From: a bacterium
GTDB taxonomy: Bacteria; Patescibacteriota; Patescibacteriia; JAACEG01
Length of the DNA stretch: 64,000 bases
Reading direction: 5' to 3'
Assembly: GCA_030641665.1 (NCBI GenBank)
Contig: DAOWHA010000050.1
Coordinates: forward strand, 2,632 to 66,631
In this document: piece by piece, positions 41,601 to 53,200 of the stretch
How positions within the stretch are numbered: position 1 is the stretch's first letter
Layout: each line of letters opens with the position of its first letter
Notes under the pieces: generated by a model
What the model was told of the DNA's origin: nothing
The model's input: the letters and a program-made list of their open reading frames with translations, nothing else
Database searches by the model: none
Program-made: the position numbers and the translations under genes

Positions 41601-44600
41601 AATGTCGCGATAAAATCCTGAGTGGCAGACTCCATAACTAATTTAGCGGGATTAGGGTTAACAACAACTTCGCCTATCTCGCATTGAATAAGATCGTCGC
41701 GAGTTTTAAAATGCCAAACGAAATCGTCAATTAAAGGATTTCCAGCCGCAGTTGTTATCCCTCCGGCGCTTCCGATTAAAGTAATTTGATGCCAACTATT
41801 TTGATTTAACAGAACTGCCGGATGAAACTCAAAAGCTTCAATACCTATGCCAAAAGGATGATAAATAAATCCTCCTGCAATAGGAGCTCCGAGAATAATA
41901 CAAGTTGAATCAGCGCATTCCTGAACTAAAACATTCGCGTTATTAACGGTTGCTTGACTTACAACTTCTGAAAAACTGGCGCCGATAGCCGCGTTTACGC
42001 ATACATCATTTCCGCCCGCTCTGCCTATCCACGGCGTAGGGCTTGGCACTACTGGGTCGTACGGAAATTCAGTATCGCATTCTTCTCTCATAAAGTAGTC
42101 GCCTGTCGTAAAACTCCATGTGTATGTTGAAAAATTAGCCGTCGGACAAGCGCCTACATAACAGGCTCCGTCTGGACAGCAAACCTGCGTTGCGGAATCA
42201 GGGCAATTGGCATTATTTCCCGCGCAATCTCCGATCTCAAAAGGGATAGAATTAGAACTTCTGTTTCCGCTATTATCTAAAACATAAACAGGTCCGCTTT
42301 GCGCTTCTGTTGGAATTCCCGGAACCTGAGCGTTATTTATAAAAATGTCAGACCAGCCGCCGATAGCGCCAGCGGAAATATTCGGAAAGGCAGGTGTTCC
42401 GTCGTAAAATTCAATGTCTCCCAATAATGCGCCAAAATGCTCTCCGTAAATATCAACCAGTGTGTTAATCGGTCCGAAAACAGGAGCTATTTTGCACATT
42501 CCCGGCAATAGCTCGCAACCAGCGCCGACAACGCATACATCAAAAAATTTTCCGTTGCTGTCTTCTGTTCCGATAGTTACTATGACATCTCCGTCAGCAG
42601 CGCCTGCTGGGACTTTTACAATAATGCTGTTAGCGCTCCAATAATCAACTCCGCATTCGGAAGGAAAACTAAAATCACCCGCAGTTCCGTTAAAAGTTAC
42701 CGTATTTCCAGCGTGGCTATTTGTAAAACCGCTGCCGTAAATTGTCACATACTGACCTTCTGGACCTCTGTTCGGCTCTATATAATCAATGCGCGGACCT
42801 GTCGGCGAATTCGTTACTCTAAAATTCAAATAATTTCCATAATCTCCTCCTGCTGAAACAGCTCTAAATCCGACATCTCCTGATTGTATGTTCGGAATTT
42901 GGCAATCTATTTCTAAATCAGGGTTGGGAACTGAATTTAAGCCAGCAATATTACTGCTGTCATTTCCAAATTCAATAGTTGAACCGGCTAAAATATTCAA
43001 TCCGTGTCCGCGAATACTCTCTTCATAAAAACCGCAATCACTACCCAAGCAAGCAGACCCAGCTTCAATATTTTCCACTTTGCAAAGACCTGGACGAACT
43101 GTTCCGTCGTCAAAAAAATCTGGAATTATTGTTCCGCGCGCGTCATTAGTAGCGTCGCTATATCCGCTGTCAGCCGTAACTTCTATTGGTCCATTCACTA
43201 CGCCTATTGGAACAACTGCTATAATCTGTCTGTCTGTCCAAACGCTGATACATTGCGCGTTAACAGTATTTGCTAAATCCGCTGCTATTCCGTTGATCGT
43301 AATCTGAGAACTCGGACCGTAAGCGCCAAAATTTCTTCCCCAAATAGAAACCAAATTTCCAGCGGTTCCGACAGGTATGCCGTGAGGGCTGCAACTATCT
43401 GAATCATTAGGAGTTATACAATCAATAATCGGTCCGTCTTGGCAAAGACAGCATATAGTTGTTCCGAGTGGATAACCTGCCGCTTCACACTCTACTGTTG
43501 ATAAACCAAAATTTTGACAATCACAGATTCCTGAAGCGCATATACTGTCATCGCAATTGCATAACGGATCGCCTATGTCAATATCGCAGGCAGATCCAAC
43601 GCAAGCGGCGCAATCAACTCCTCCGCAATCAATTCCTATTTCATCGGCATTTAATATGCTGTCGCAGCAATGCGCCGCGCGCAGAGAAAAACTGCGAGTG
43701 TCATCGGTTGTATTACTGTCTAAATCAGCTGCTTCCGCAGTTAAAGAATAAATTATTCCCGCGCTATATCCTAAAGCGACTGTCGGCTGCCATATAGCAG
43801 TTCCGCTTGGCAAAATCCATGGTAGAGGATTACCGCACAATCCAGGTCCTGGGCAAGGAATAATAACTGTCGGGGTGCCTCCTAAAAAAGCCAAACTGCC
43901 ATTATTATCGCTGAATTCCACTTGGCTAACGCCAGAATCGTCTGTGGCTGATGATCCCAAATTATTAGGCGTATTTAAACAGACTTGATTTTGGCTAATT
44001 AGATTTACTGTTGGCGGCTGGCAATCTACTAAATTGTTAGTGAAAAATTGCGGATGCTCATTAACAGCGATATTGTCCTGTAAAGTCAATCCTCCTGCTG
44101 ACTGAACTCCGCCAGCGCCGATTATTACTTCTATGTCAATAGTAGAATTATCGTCAAAACATCTGTCCGCTCCGCAAGGATTAGCAGTACAGGTTCCAGT
44201 TAATGGGCTAAACTCAACTATTTTGCCGCTAACCGTAAAATTGCCAACAATTAAATTTAATGCTCCGCCAGCACATTGGGAATTTACTCCTGTCCCTTGA
44301 ATAATTATAGAAGCCGCGTCAACAGAAGCAGGATCAACATTTTTGTTAAAATATATTCTAATTACGGAATTCATCGGATTTGTTATTGTAAAAGGACAAT
44401 TTTCGTCCGGAGGCTGGATAGAAGTTACTATAAAACTTTCTGCGCCAGGGCATCCTGGACAAGTTAGCATTGGATCTGACTGCCAAGCGCAGACAAGCGG
44501 ATTAATGGTATTTTGGCATCTTAAGCATCCGCCTGCGGCGCAAGTTCCTAATTCAAGAATACAATCGCAGGGCGAACCAGCCATTCCTCCTCCGCCGCCA

Positions 44601-44959
44601 GTCGCTTCAGTTAAACTATTTAATATAAATTGTGTGATGGCAAAAGACGCTAAAATAATGAGAAGTCCTATAACAGCGCTGATTAAAACTCTCTTTGCTT
44701 TATTCACTTTCTCTGGAACTCCGCCTGAAGTCATCCATAAAAATCCGCCGTATAAAATTAAAGTAATAGCTAAAACGCCTAAAAAACCGAGCATGGCATT
44801 GATTACCGCAAAAACCATTGACTTTAGTCCGCGTGTTCCCAATTCTAAAATAGAAGAATATTCTAAGCCGTAAGTTTGGGCGGAAGCGGAAACAGCGATA
44901 CTGAAAACCGCTAAAAACGCAATGGCGAATAAAATAAATTTTCGTTTTTTAAACATCAT
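38669..44959 (-). CDS. 2096-aa surface protein: VirB2/TrbC-like pilin N-terminus, Ig-like/IPT-TIG domains, Cys-rich repeats
   Basis: Signal-like start, YGGFLWMTSGG..EKVNKAK pilin motif, GxxVxIxGxxF TIG repeats, repeated CGN..GEDCDD.N...DGCS..C. Confidence 0.85.
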   Translation of the reverse strand: MMFKKRKFILFAIAFLAVFSIAVSASAQTYGLEYSSILELGTRGLKSMVFAVINAMLGFLGVLAITLILYGGFLWMTSGGVPEKVNKAKRVLISAVIGLLIILASFAITQFILNSLTEATGGGGGMAGSPCDCILELGTCAAGGCLRCQNTINPLVCAWQSDPMLTCPGCPGAESFIVTSIQPPDENCPFTITNPMNSVIRIYFNKNVDPASVDAASIIIQGTGVNSQCAGGALNLIVGNFTVSGKIVEFSPLTGTCTANPCGADRCFDDNSTIDIEVIIGAGGVQSAGGLTLQDNIAVNEHPQFFTNNLVDCQPPTVNLISQNQVCLNTPNNLGSSATDDSGVSQVEFSDNNGSLAFLGGTPTVIIPCPGPGLCGNPLPWILPSGTAIWQPTVALGYSAGIIYSLTAEAADLDSNTTDDTRSFSLRAAHCCDSILNADEIGIDCGGVDCAACVGSACDIDIGDPLCNCDDSICASGICDCQNFGLSTVECEAAGYPLGTTICCLCQDGPIIDCITPNDSDSCSPHGIPVGTAGNLVSIWGRNFGAYGPSSQITINGIAADLANTVNAQCISVWTDRQIIAVVPIGVVNGPIEVTADSGYSDATNDARGTIIPDFFDDGTVRPGLCKVENIEAGSACLGSDCGFYEESIRGHGLNILAGSTIEFGNDSSNIAGLNSVPNPDLEIDCQIPNIQSGDVGFRAVSAGGDYGNYLNFRVTNSPTGPRIDYIEPNRGPEGQYVTIYGSGFTNSHAGNTVTFNGTAGDFSFPSECGVDYWSANSIIVKVPAGAADGDVIVTIGTEDSNGKFFDVCVVGAGCELLPGMCKIAPVFGPINTLVDIYGEHFGALLGDIEFYDGTPAFPNISAGAIGGWSDIFINNAQVPGIPTEAQSGPVYVLDNSGNRSSNSIPFEIGDCAGNNANCPDSATQVCCPDGACYVGACPTANFSTYTWSFTTGDYFMREECDTEFPYDPVVPSPTPWIGRAGGNDVCVNAAIGASFSEVVSQATVNNANVLVQECADSTCIILGAPIAGGFIYHPFGIGIEAFEFHPAVLLNQNSWHQITLIGSAGGITTAAGNPLIDDFVWHFKTRDDLIQCEIGEVVVNPNPAKLVMESATQDFIATLISKDNPCIIINVLGQSMNWSSDDPLIATVSGSATTNETVSAIGNGNTYIRANAMPDNKTGKALLKVDFQGLSIIEHWYECDSVCINAEMGLRFDGEVNSATLTNGANGSIRIYDCGGDSSCPFNPLTAVINITNPFYLWNNFTGESVATFSAVGNFTQDNYYRAVIKTGENGVKSVLGDYLIKLNSNLASGEECDGDALCGASCLWNGAADHCGQPSQECYPVNSVGCSVNCLNTGSVTNTCGNGGLDIYENCDDNNTNSGDGCSSECLYEGSTGTAVCGNSILEFGEACDDGNQTNGDGCSDKCLKEGSTGTAVCGNGAIELGEDCDDNNIISSDGCSSICLSEGVKSSVCGDRDIGIGEDCDDGNLINNDGCSNICLNEGSSGLAVCGDGAIETNGNDSYSWIFKTKSGADALCALSSVEVIPTNASAYIGDVVDYKSIARSSPDSCDPSGQTINPLNYNWNWWSNDGLIADLAFPLQDIELPNGDIDPYQQVDAISLGTTNINAQADGITGSGIITVIEPTGPGVPCILGGGNCCQEGVSSCMIGYGCMEDSAICPTGGVDPNYNNCFCCCDMNNDQCFAPLECTPNIDACVGNSRGWCCGCEQDADCSAPLLCGNDTCCRTRPVVIPPTMPVGGNIDVCRNVLISAEFDQEMKGNSIKNEDNMEVITEYTVEGICPTDTSTSTLYSFAGEVWCAIDGSLTVNSSSTIVYFAPKEDLNPATIYRVIIKGDPDLTDAVAEGVLSEYGIAMDGDYSWNFTTGDIICDIDYIRVDVEVGDSPLPNLIYEDMSSDIFLCAGKNDCIRDSDGGAAGNQHQFYSFAVDDSTGNILNPNDFDWTWTEIDSDDIFQISTALGNAVLTANPINGKAILDIKAVSNGVIDYGSAKKKMTINTFMCENPWPDISYWPWEDWILNNPTADCDIAGICNETYFDMFYCRDDGGEGTDDDFPAISIDPVIRSENGDILKEIFFLIEE

Positions 44960-45013
44960 ATTTTAAAATTTGCAATTCTTTAATATTCAATTTTACTAAC
45001 TTCAACCACATTC

Positions 45014-45156
45014 TGTCTTTGCGAGGAGTTGAATGAGCGCAGCGAATGAGATGCGACGAAGCAATCTTATTACTGAGCGGACAAATCTATAATCATAATT
45101 CTTTCTGCTTAAGTAATGGGATTGCTTCGCTCCGTTGCACTCCGCTCGCAAAGACA
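45014..45156. repeat. Palindromic element copy I
   Basis: Same outer and inner IRs. Confidence 0.93.
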
Positions 45157-45203
45157 GTATGTGAAAAAAATTTAGATTTATTTATAAAATTTTAAATTAT
45201 TTA

Positions 45204-46874
45204 TTAAGGGCACGCACACCATGCTCCGTCGCAGCAACATGGTCCTAAAGTAGGAACGCCAGCGCATCCTGGTCCTTCGCTCGGATACAAGCAATTCTGA
45301 TAATTGTTTTTCACTCCTGCTGTTGCCTGGCTTTGATAAGCAGTTGCTGTTTGAAATTTAGAATGATTAATACTTGCCTGCGTCGCGCCGCCGATATCCT
45401 CAGCTGTTATCCAATACCCGACTGTTCCGCCTAAAATTCCAATATTGCTGGTATTCAGACTGCTATACATCATTATATCTGAAAACAAAATCTGAATCGG
45501 ATCTTTTAGTGTAACGCCAACTTCATTTACAAGCGGGCTAACACTAATAATTGTCGGAGATGTTAAATTAATATTATTAGTCGTGTTAAACTGCCAAATA
45601 TAATCATCAGTCGGCGACTCTTCTGATATTCCGTCATTATCGCCGTCAAAAGAATTGCTTGCCATATCAACTATGCCGTCAAAAGGGTACGCAGCTTCAG
45701 GACAAATAAGGCAGGTCGCGGCCTTAATCGTTGTGGTTATATTTGCCAATGCTGGCAGACAATAGATTGTCTCTCCGCAAGAATTCGTTCCGCAAGGTGT
45801 TCCTAAAAATTCAACTGTTCTATATTGGTTGGAAATAGACAAAAATCCTGCGACTGGCGCGCCGTCATTGACTAAAATATTTGCGTCTAATATTGACAAC
45901 GGGTCAATAGCTTCTGAAAAATGCATCTGCACAACTATATTGCGATCGTAAGTTCCGCTAGCTGCGGGCTGAACGATTTTAATATAAGGCGGCGTAACAT
46001 CCAAAAAAGTGCTTATTTCAAATGACCAATCATAACTGCCTAACGCTCCAAAAGCTGAACTTCCGTCTGATTTATTTATATTATTCGTGAGTTCAACAGT
46101 ATGCCAAATATTTTCAACAGGGCTGCCAAGCGGATTTATCGGCTTAAAGCGGAAAGTTCTGTCGTCGGCTGTTTTCGCCGCAAAAACTTCCGTAATATAA
46201 GGACCTGAAATAATTTCTCCTTGTTTGGCGATTTTTACATTAGGATTGCCACTTCCGTCTAAGACGATAGTGTCATACTCTCCAGCGTCAAACTCTCCAT
46301 TGCCGTTAATGTCAACCCAATCGCCAAAAATTGTGCTGCCATTCGTGTCGTCAATCAAAGTGCTGACTTGCATCGCTTCCTTAAAGGTAACAACGATTGA
46401 TGTGTTGCGGGCAATATTAAGCGAACCTGGCGCTGGATAAACGCTCTCAATAATTCCAGAGCCTAAGGCGCCGCCTCCGCCGCCACCACCACCGCCGCCG
46501 CCGCCAGTTGCGCCAGTTGCGCCAGTTAAACTCTTCATTATAAACTGCGTGATAGCAAAAGACGCTAAAATAATTAAAAGTCCGATCGCGCCGCTTATTA
46601 AAATCTTTTTCGCTTTTTCGATTTTCTCAGAAGCCCCTCCTGATGTCATCCAAACAAACCCTCCATATAAAATTATAACTATCGCCAATATTCCCAGAAA
46701 TCCTAAAACAATATTAATAATCGTAAAAACCATTGATTTTAATCCGCGTGTTCCCAGTCCTAAAATTGAGGAATATTCTAATCCGTAAGTTTGCGCGGAC
46801 GCGGAAACAGCAATGCTGAAAATCGCTAAAAACGCAATGGCGAATAAAATAAATTTTTGTTTTTTAAATCTCAT
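45204..46874 (-). CDS. 556-aa surface protein: pilin N-terminus, poly-Gly linker, Ig-like domains
   Basis: Pilin motif YGGFVWMTSGG..EKIEKAK; RNTSIVVTFKEAM and RNIVVQMHFSEAI Big-like starts. Confidence 0.85.
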   Translation of the reverse strand: MRFKKQKFILFAIAFLAIFSIAVSASAQTYGLEYSSILGLGTRGLKSMVFTIINIVLGFLGILAIVIILYGGFVWMTSGGASEKIEKAKKILISGAIGLLIILASFAITQFIMKSLTGATGATGGGGGGGGGGGGALGSGIIESVYPAPGSLNIARNTSIVVTFKEAMQVSTLIDDTNGSTIFGDWVDINGNGEFDAGEYDTIVLDGSGNPNVKIAKQGEIISGPYITEVFAAKTADDRTFRFKPINPLGSPVENIWHTVELTNNINKSDGSSAFGALGSYDWSFEISTFLDVTPPYIKIVQPAASGTYDRNIVVQMHFSEAIDPLSILDANILVNDGAPVAGFLSISNQYRTVEFLGTPCGTNSCGETIYCLPALANITTTIKAATCLICPEAAYPFDGIVDMASNSFDGDNDGISEESPTDDYIWQFNTTNNINLTSPTIISVSPLVNEVGVTLKDPIQILFSDIMMYSSLNTSNIGILGGTVGYWITAEDIGGATQASINHSKFQTATAYQSQATAGVKNNYQNCLYPSEGPGCAGVPTLGPCCCDGAWCACP

Positions 46875-46955
46875 AAATGCTTAAAATTTGCAATTACCAA
46901 TTTGGCAATGAATTTGCAATTTTCTAATTTTCAATTTTACTAACTTTAACCATTC

Positions 46956-47132
46956 TGTCTTTGCGAGGAGCGAATGGAGCGATAGCGAAATGAGTAACGA
47001 AGCAATCCCATTACTGAGCGAACAAATCTATAATTATAATTTGTCTATGCTTTTGTATAGTTTGCACGGTTAGTAATGGTATTGCTTCGTCGCGCCTCTC
47101 TCGCTTCGCTCGTTCAGCTCCTCGCAAAGACA
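46956..47132. repeat. Palindromic element copy J, nested in an inverted heptamer array (about 46886-47228)
   Basis: Same IRs; flanked by TTTGCAATTACCAATTT and AAATTGGTAATT units. Confidence 0.92.
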
Positions 47133-47234
47133 TCTTAATTATAAAATGTATCTAAAAAATAATTGGTAATTAAAAATTTGAAAATTTAATAATTGATTGA
47201 TAATTGCAAATTGGTAATTAAAAATTTATTTTTC

Positions 47235-50200
47235 TTAAAACTCTGACGCTATAATATATCCATTATAATATTCCCATTGATTGCATACTGCTCTTGTCGT
47301 ATCGCCATTGCACCAGTCCCAATTGTCTTTTAGCCTAATTCTCGGCTGGGTCGCGCAGCAAGGAAATGCTCCGCAGACAACGGATAAATCCCCGAACAGC
47401 GTTGCCCCTGCCGCGCCGCACTCTATTGAAACAGAACTTGGATCATTCAATAACATCTCGTAATAACTGTATTGCCTTGATTCTGAATGCGGATCGTCCT
47501 CGTCAGGTCTGTCTTGTATTCCGTTACTCACATAACTTATGTTCGGACTTGCGTCAGTGCCGTCGCCCCAGTCAATCCAATAGGTCGCGAGCGGAAGCTG
47601 GTTATAGTCTATAATGCTGTTAAATTCCAAATTGACATCATTGGAGATAGAAAAATTATAATTGCCGCTAATATTGCCGTTAACTTTAATATTTTCAACT
47701 ATCGGCGGCACCCCGCAAAAATCGCAAGTCGCACCTGCCGGGTTAGAACCGCAGCCTGCAAAGCAGTCTCCTCCTGCGCAAAGCCCTGTTGTATTGGAAT
47801 AGGCTGGTCTTGCGGCTGGAGTTCCCGCGCAAATATTATCAGGCGGATTCCAGTCATTCAAAACGCAGGCAATGTCTATGCCGCAATCCCTGTACTGGCT
47901 ACTGGCGTGATCCCACTCCCATGTTCCGTAACTTTTCGCGAAAATGCGCTTTAAAATTTCAACAGCGTTATTATCGCTTATGTTTCCTAAATTGCTTATC
48001 GGTTCGCAAGTTTCGCATATAGTATGCGCATCATTACAAGGACAGTGCAAAAGAAGGTTGTCGTCATGGTGATTCCAGTCTCCGCTCGGATAAGGATGCG
48101 CACAAATAAGTTCAGGGTGTCCGCTGCACCTGCCAATAACATCGCAAGTATTGCCTTGAGTTGAACCATCGCTGCATCCGTATGGCAAGCCGGCAATAGC
48201 GCCTTCGCTTAAATTCTCCCTAAAAAGTATCGGGTCTAAAATATCAGTGTTATCATTTCCGTCCCAATAGATAGGATTAACCCCTTCTGGCGGAATCATA
48301 GAGCCGAACGGCTTATCTTCAGAAGTATGATAATAATCAAAACTGCCAAGTTCTCCTGTCCTATAATCTGTGCCGTCGCGCACCCTGTCTGTCCACGCCT
48401 TATTCTCGCCAATGTCAAAATGCGAAACGGTCTGATATATTTTATCGCATCTTAAGCGGTAATCCATAGGATCAACTAATCTGCTTTCCGTATAATCATA
48501 TATCATCACTTGCGGATCAGGATTTGGTTCGTTTAATACTAAATCTCCATCATAAATATACCAATTTCCGCTAATTGGGATATGCGTAGCGTCGTTTTTA
48601 GGGATACATGTAAATCTTAAATTATATTCGGTATCAGTATTAAAGGCGCCGCAATTCCCATCTGAATAAATTCTAACTTCTACTTTGTAATTTGTACTAT
48701 TACAAGTTTGCATTCCAGCATCATTATCATTATAAACTATCATTCTGCTTCCACAGCCTCCATTTAAAAAGTTTGTTAAATCACCATAATATGCTCCATT
48801 TATTATAAGACTGGGCAGCCCAGCAAGCATCCAGTCTGCAAAAGCGGTAAGAAGATTAGTGTCGCAACAATAATCATCTAAATCAGATATTATTTCAGAT
48901 GTTCTATTCTCCACAAAATCAAAGTTAGCGTCCATATCAGAGCAGTAGAATACAGGGAACTTGCCGTCGTATCCCAGCACTCTTCCTGTCTCTTCAATCC
49001 CTTCGGACGACAGCTTGTCAACCGGCCACCAGAGCAAGCATTGCCTCGGATTTCCCGGAAATCGGTCATACTCTAAGCAGTAGCCGAATTTACCAATATT
49101 TTTAATTCCGGAATCGCTGAAATACTCGCAGCTTAAAGCGTCCTGCTTAGGATACGACCTGCAAGTCTGCGGCGAATAGACATCAGTGTCTCCGATTTTT
49201 AACGCAGGCTTAATCCTGATTTCGTCAATATAAAAATTGCCGTCAGGCGCGCTTCCCGGGGCGACAAGCCTTAAAACTATCCTCTTGGTGCTTAAATCAA
49301 CATCAAACGCCGCAGTTTTAAACTGCCAATAGTCTGAACGCGGAACAGACAAAATCGAATGATAGTCTCTTATCATATTTCCAAAAGCGTCCATCTCGCG
49401 CAGTTGAATCTCCGCGTTGCTGGCTTTTAAATTTAAGGTATTAACCCAAGCGCTCACAAAATATCTGTTCCCTTCTTCTGTGCCGATTAAAGATATGGTT
49501 TCGGTTACGGCAGCATAGTCGGCTCCTACGCTTAAAAAAGACCTTCCTTCCGGAGACATATATTCAAGCCCTATCCCTTGCGCTGAAACCGGATCGGAGA
49601 TGACTGAAAACTCGTCTTCAAAAAGAGCCCCTTCATAAAGCCAGCCGACAGGATAGTCAATATTTTCAATCAGCTCAAAATTATTGTTCGGGATTTTTAT
49701 CTGGACGCTTTCCTGGCTCATCGTATGCAGAGGATAATATCCTTCAGCAACTCCTTGCTTTCCTATCTTTGTATATCCTGCTCTATCCCGAATATCATCC
49801 AAGGAGACAGTAGCGTTTGCCGTTTGATTTATCGGCTCGCTCACTACAAAGCCGTCGCATTTGCCCTGTTCATTCATAGAATTGCACGCTCCAATATCAG
49901 TACATTTTCTTTTTATCGCGCCGTCTTTGCCTGTAACATTAACAGTCCCCTTGCAATACAGCCACTCTCCGCAAGTCCTGGTCGGCTTGACTTTTACCAG
50001 CAGGTTTGAATCGCAAGTCCCATCTGGAATTCCTCCGATTAAACAGCTTTGCGGCGTATTAATATTTTTATCGTTTCTGTCAGCGTCATAAATAATATCT
50101 TCTATCGCCAAGCCGCTTGATATCTCGCGCCTGTTAAATAAAACGCATCCTTTTTCATAATCAACAAGCCCATTGCACTCCGCTTTGTCAATAGAACTGT

Positions 50201-53200
50201 CTATATTATAATAAATTCCTGTTTTTAAAATTTTAACAAATTCAGACGGAACCAAATTTCCGCTAACGCTCAAATCGCAATTAATCGCCGAATCTTTGCC
50301 AGTATAAAACCGTCCGCTAAACTGCTGATCGCTTTCATCAGAAACAATCTGCGCTCCGTTAATAGGGGTAATAATATCCATTGAGTCGTCAGGCGATATT
50401 AAATCAATCGGGTTGCCAACTAAACCGTCAACGCAATTTTCTAATATAATCGCGCTGCCGGCGCCGTTAGAATTGCTTAACACTGTATAAACGGTGTCTT
50501 GCTCTAACCGAACAGGAACATTTGTAATATAATCGCCGGCTGCAACGCTCCAACCGTCAGGAACTCCGTCAACATCGACATCTTGAGCAAAATCGCCGTT
50601 AAAAACGATATTTTTTGAAATTGAACTTATCGGATCAATATATTCCGCGCAGCCGTCAATTTCAGGCGGGCAAATCGCTGTCCAATTATTGCAATAGCCT
50701 CCCGGACAATCAGCATCAGTCTCGCAGATTCCGCCGCCTCCGCCCAGACAGGTTTTAGCCGCGTACTCAACGCCGATATCAGAATATGCCAAAGGGCAAT
50801 TCGGCGCTCCGGAAGTAGTATTAGCAAGATACCAACCAGCATCTGTCTGTCCCCCAACTAATTTATATTCACAAATTTTAGCGTCTCCCTTGATTCTCTG
50901 TGATACAGGATCTTTAAAATAAGAATCGCCCATAACATCTGAACTAAATTTTCCGCAGCCGACATTATCAAAAAGACAGAGCGTATCGTTATATTCATCA
51001 GGGTCGTTAATTTTATAAACAGTTTCATATTGATACAGATCATCTCTGTCGTCGGCAAGATTTTCAGTTGTTTTATTCATATTATACCTGTAATTTGCAG
51101 TTCCTAAAGCAGAGCATCCTTTCTCTTTTGATTTGCAAATTTTCCCCTTATCATTAACTAGCGTGTCAATTTTGTCGCCAAAAACAGTGATTTCAGATAT
51201 ATCGCCCAAATTAAATATTTCTTCTAAATAACTATGAGAATTAAATGTGTCAATCAGCGCTTCGCATCCTGCGACATCTTCGCCGCATAAGCGATTAAAT
51301 GATTTTAAATATACTGTCTGTTTTTCAACCTCGCTCTCATACTCTTCGCATCCAAGCATATATTGCGGAGCGTAAGCGCCGTTATGGTCTTGATCGCATA
51401 CTGATGAAACATTCCAAAAATCAGGTCTGATTAAAAACAGCTTGTCGCGCTCCTCTTTTAAGATAATATTGTCAATATAGGAAATGCCGCTAAAACCGCT
51501 GATTCTTAATGTTTCTAAAATATTATCGCCCGGCGCACTCATTGGATCGTCGCTGCTCATATCCCAGCCGACTAAAACAGGACCTAATGAATATTTCTGC
51601 CACTCCGGACCTAAATTAACCGAACCGCTCGCGAACTCTTCTCCTGCCGGCGCGCTGGAAAATTCAGCCGTCAGGCTTCCTGCTCCTTTTGCCCAAAAAG
51701 AGAGGAAATAAGTTTTTTGATGTCCGAGCAAAGATTTGTAAAGGCAGGTCTGTTCAGTGTTTTGCGCGTAACAGACTGTTTCATTATTAACTTCGCATTC
51801 GCATCCTTCGTCTAAAGCGCAAACAAATCCTAAATCGCAATGCGCTTTTAAGGAATAGTTCATGTCGTCGCCCAAATTGATTTTCAAACTATGCCCACCT
51901 CTAATCAGAGACTCGCTGCTAAGAGCTCCGACCCCACAATTATTAACCGCCTGTTCAAATCCGTCGTCAATAACCTTGCGGATATTATTGCTTGTGTTTC
52001 CCCTATATTCATAACAATCGTTTTTTGACGCGGGGCAAACAATCCCTTGCTCGGACAAAGCTTCATAAATGCATTCGTTGTTAGCGCTCCATTCGCCCCA
52101 ATCCCAACTGCCGGCAGAATGGACAACGCAGTCTGCCTGTGATGATTTTGTCTTGCGGTAAGGATGGCAGTCATCAGAGCAACTAACTGTATTTTTATAA
52201 TGCCGATAAGAGATAATATTTGCTTCGCTGTAAAATTCATTGCATTCCGGATTTCTGATCGCGTCGTCATAATTATTACAGTCTCCAAAAATATCAGCGG
52301 CGTCGGCTATATTATATATATTGTCAGGATAGCCGTTGCTATCAGCGTCTAACAGCATATGAGCGACAAGCTGGAATCCTGTCTCTTCTGAGCCGATCCA
52401 TGTGTAAAACGACGCGCAATCACCGTTAATTCCATGGCATGGCCGCAGATAAGAAAAATATTCAATCGCTTCGCCGCCTTCTTCTAATTTGTCTAAATTC
52501 GTAAATTCAGAGCATCCCGCGTATTGCGCCGAGCATTTTTCCTCGTTGTTCGGAATTAAAAACTCTGGAAATTTTTCGCTCTCAAAAAAAGTCGCTTCCT
52601 GCTTGTAGGCGTTATAGCCGTTGCAAGTCTCGGGGCAAAAATCATCAGACCGAACCACTCCCGGAATGCTCGGATCGCCATTCGTTGGTTCGTATAAATC
52701 GCATCCGACATCGTCTGGTCGGCATTCTAATGCAAAGTTAGCGCATTGCTCGGATCCGCCTTCCGCGCATCGCTCAATATCCGTTCGCCAAAAATGCCCT
52801 GCTGTTTCACATCCTGACTGATCGTCAAAAGCATCGTTATATACGGTATATAATTCGCAATTATAATAATCAGGAGCTTTTTTTAAATAGAGCGAATTGC
52901 TGTTATGATAATCTTCATAACTAAACAGATATCCGTCTCCAGCTACTTCTTCTAATTGGACAGAATCAATTAAGCACCCAAGCGGAATTCCTCCTGCCGC
53001 GCCGCTCACGCTGATTGTCAATTCCGTGTCAAAAGCGTCAATTGTTCCGTCGGTTGGAAAAGTGTAATTAACATTAAACCGCTCCCAGTCATCGTTGTTG
53101 CCAGATATTAATTCAATCGGCGATCCTGCTATGGCTGGAATATAGAATTGAAAATTAGTTCCGACACAATTTTGCGCGTAAAAAGAAAAACTGAACTTTC

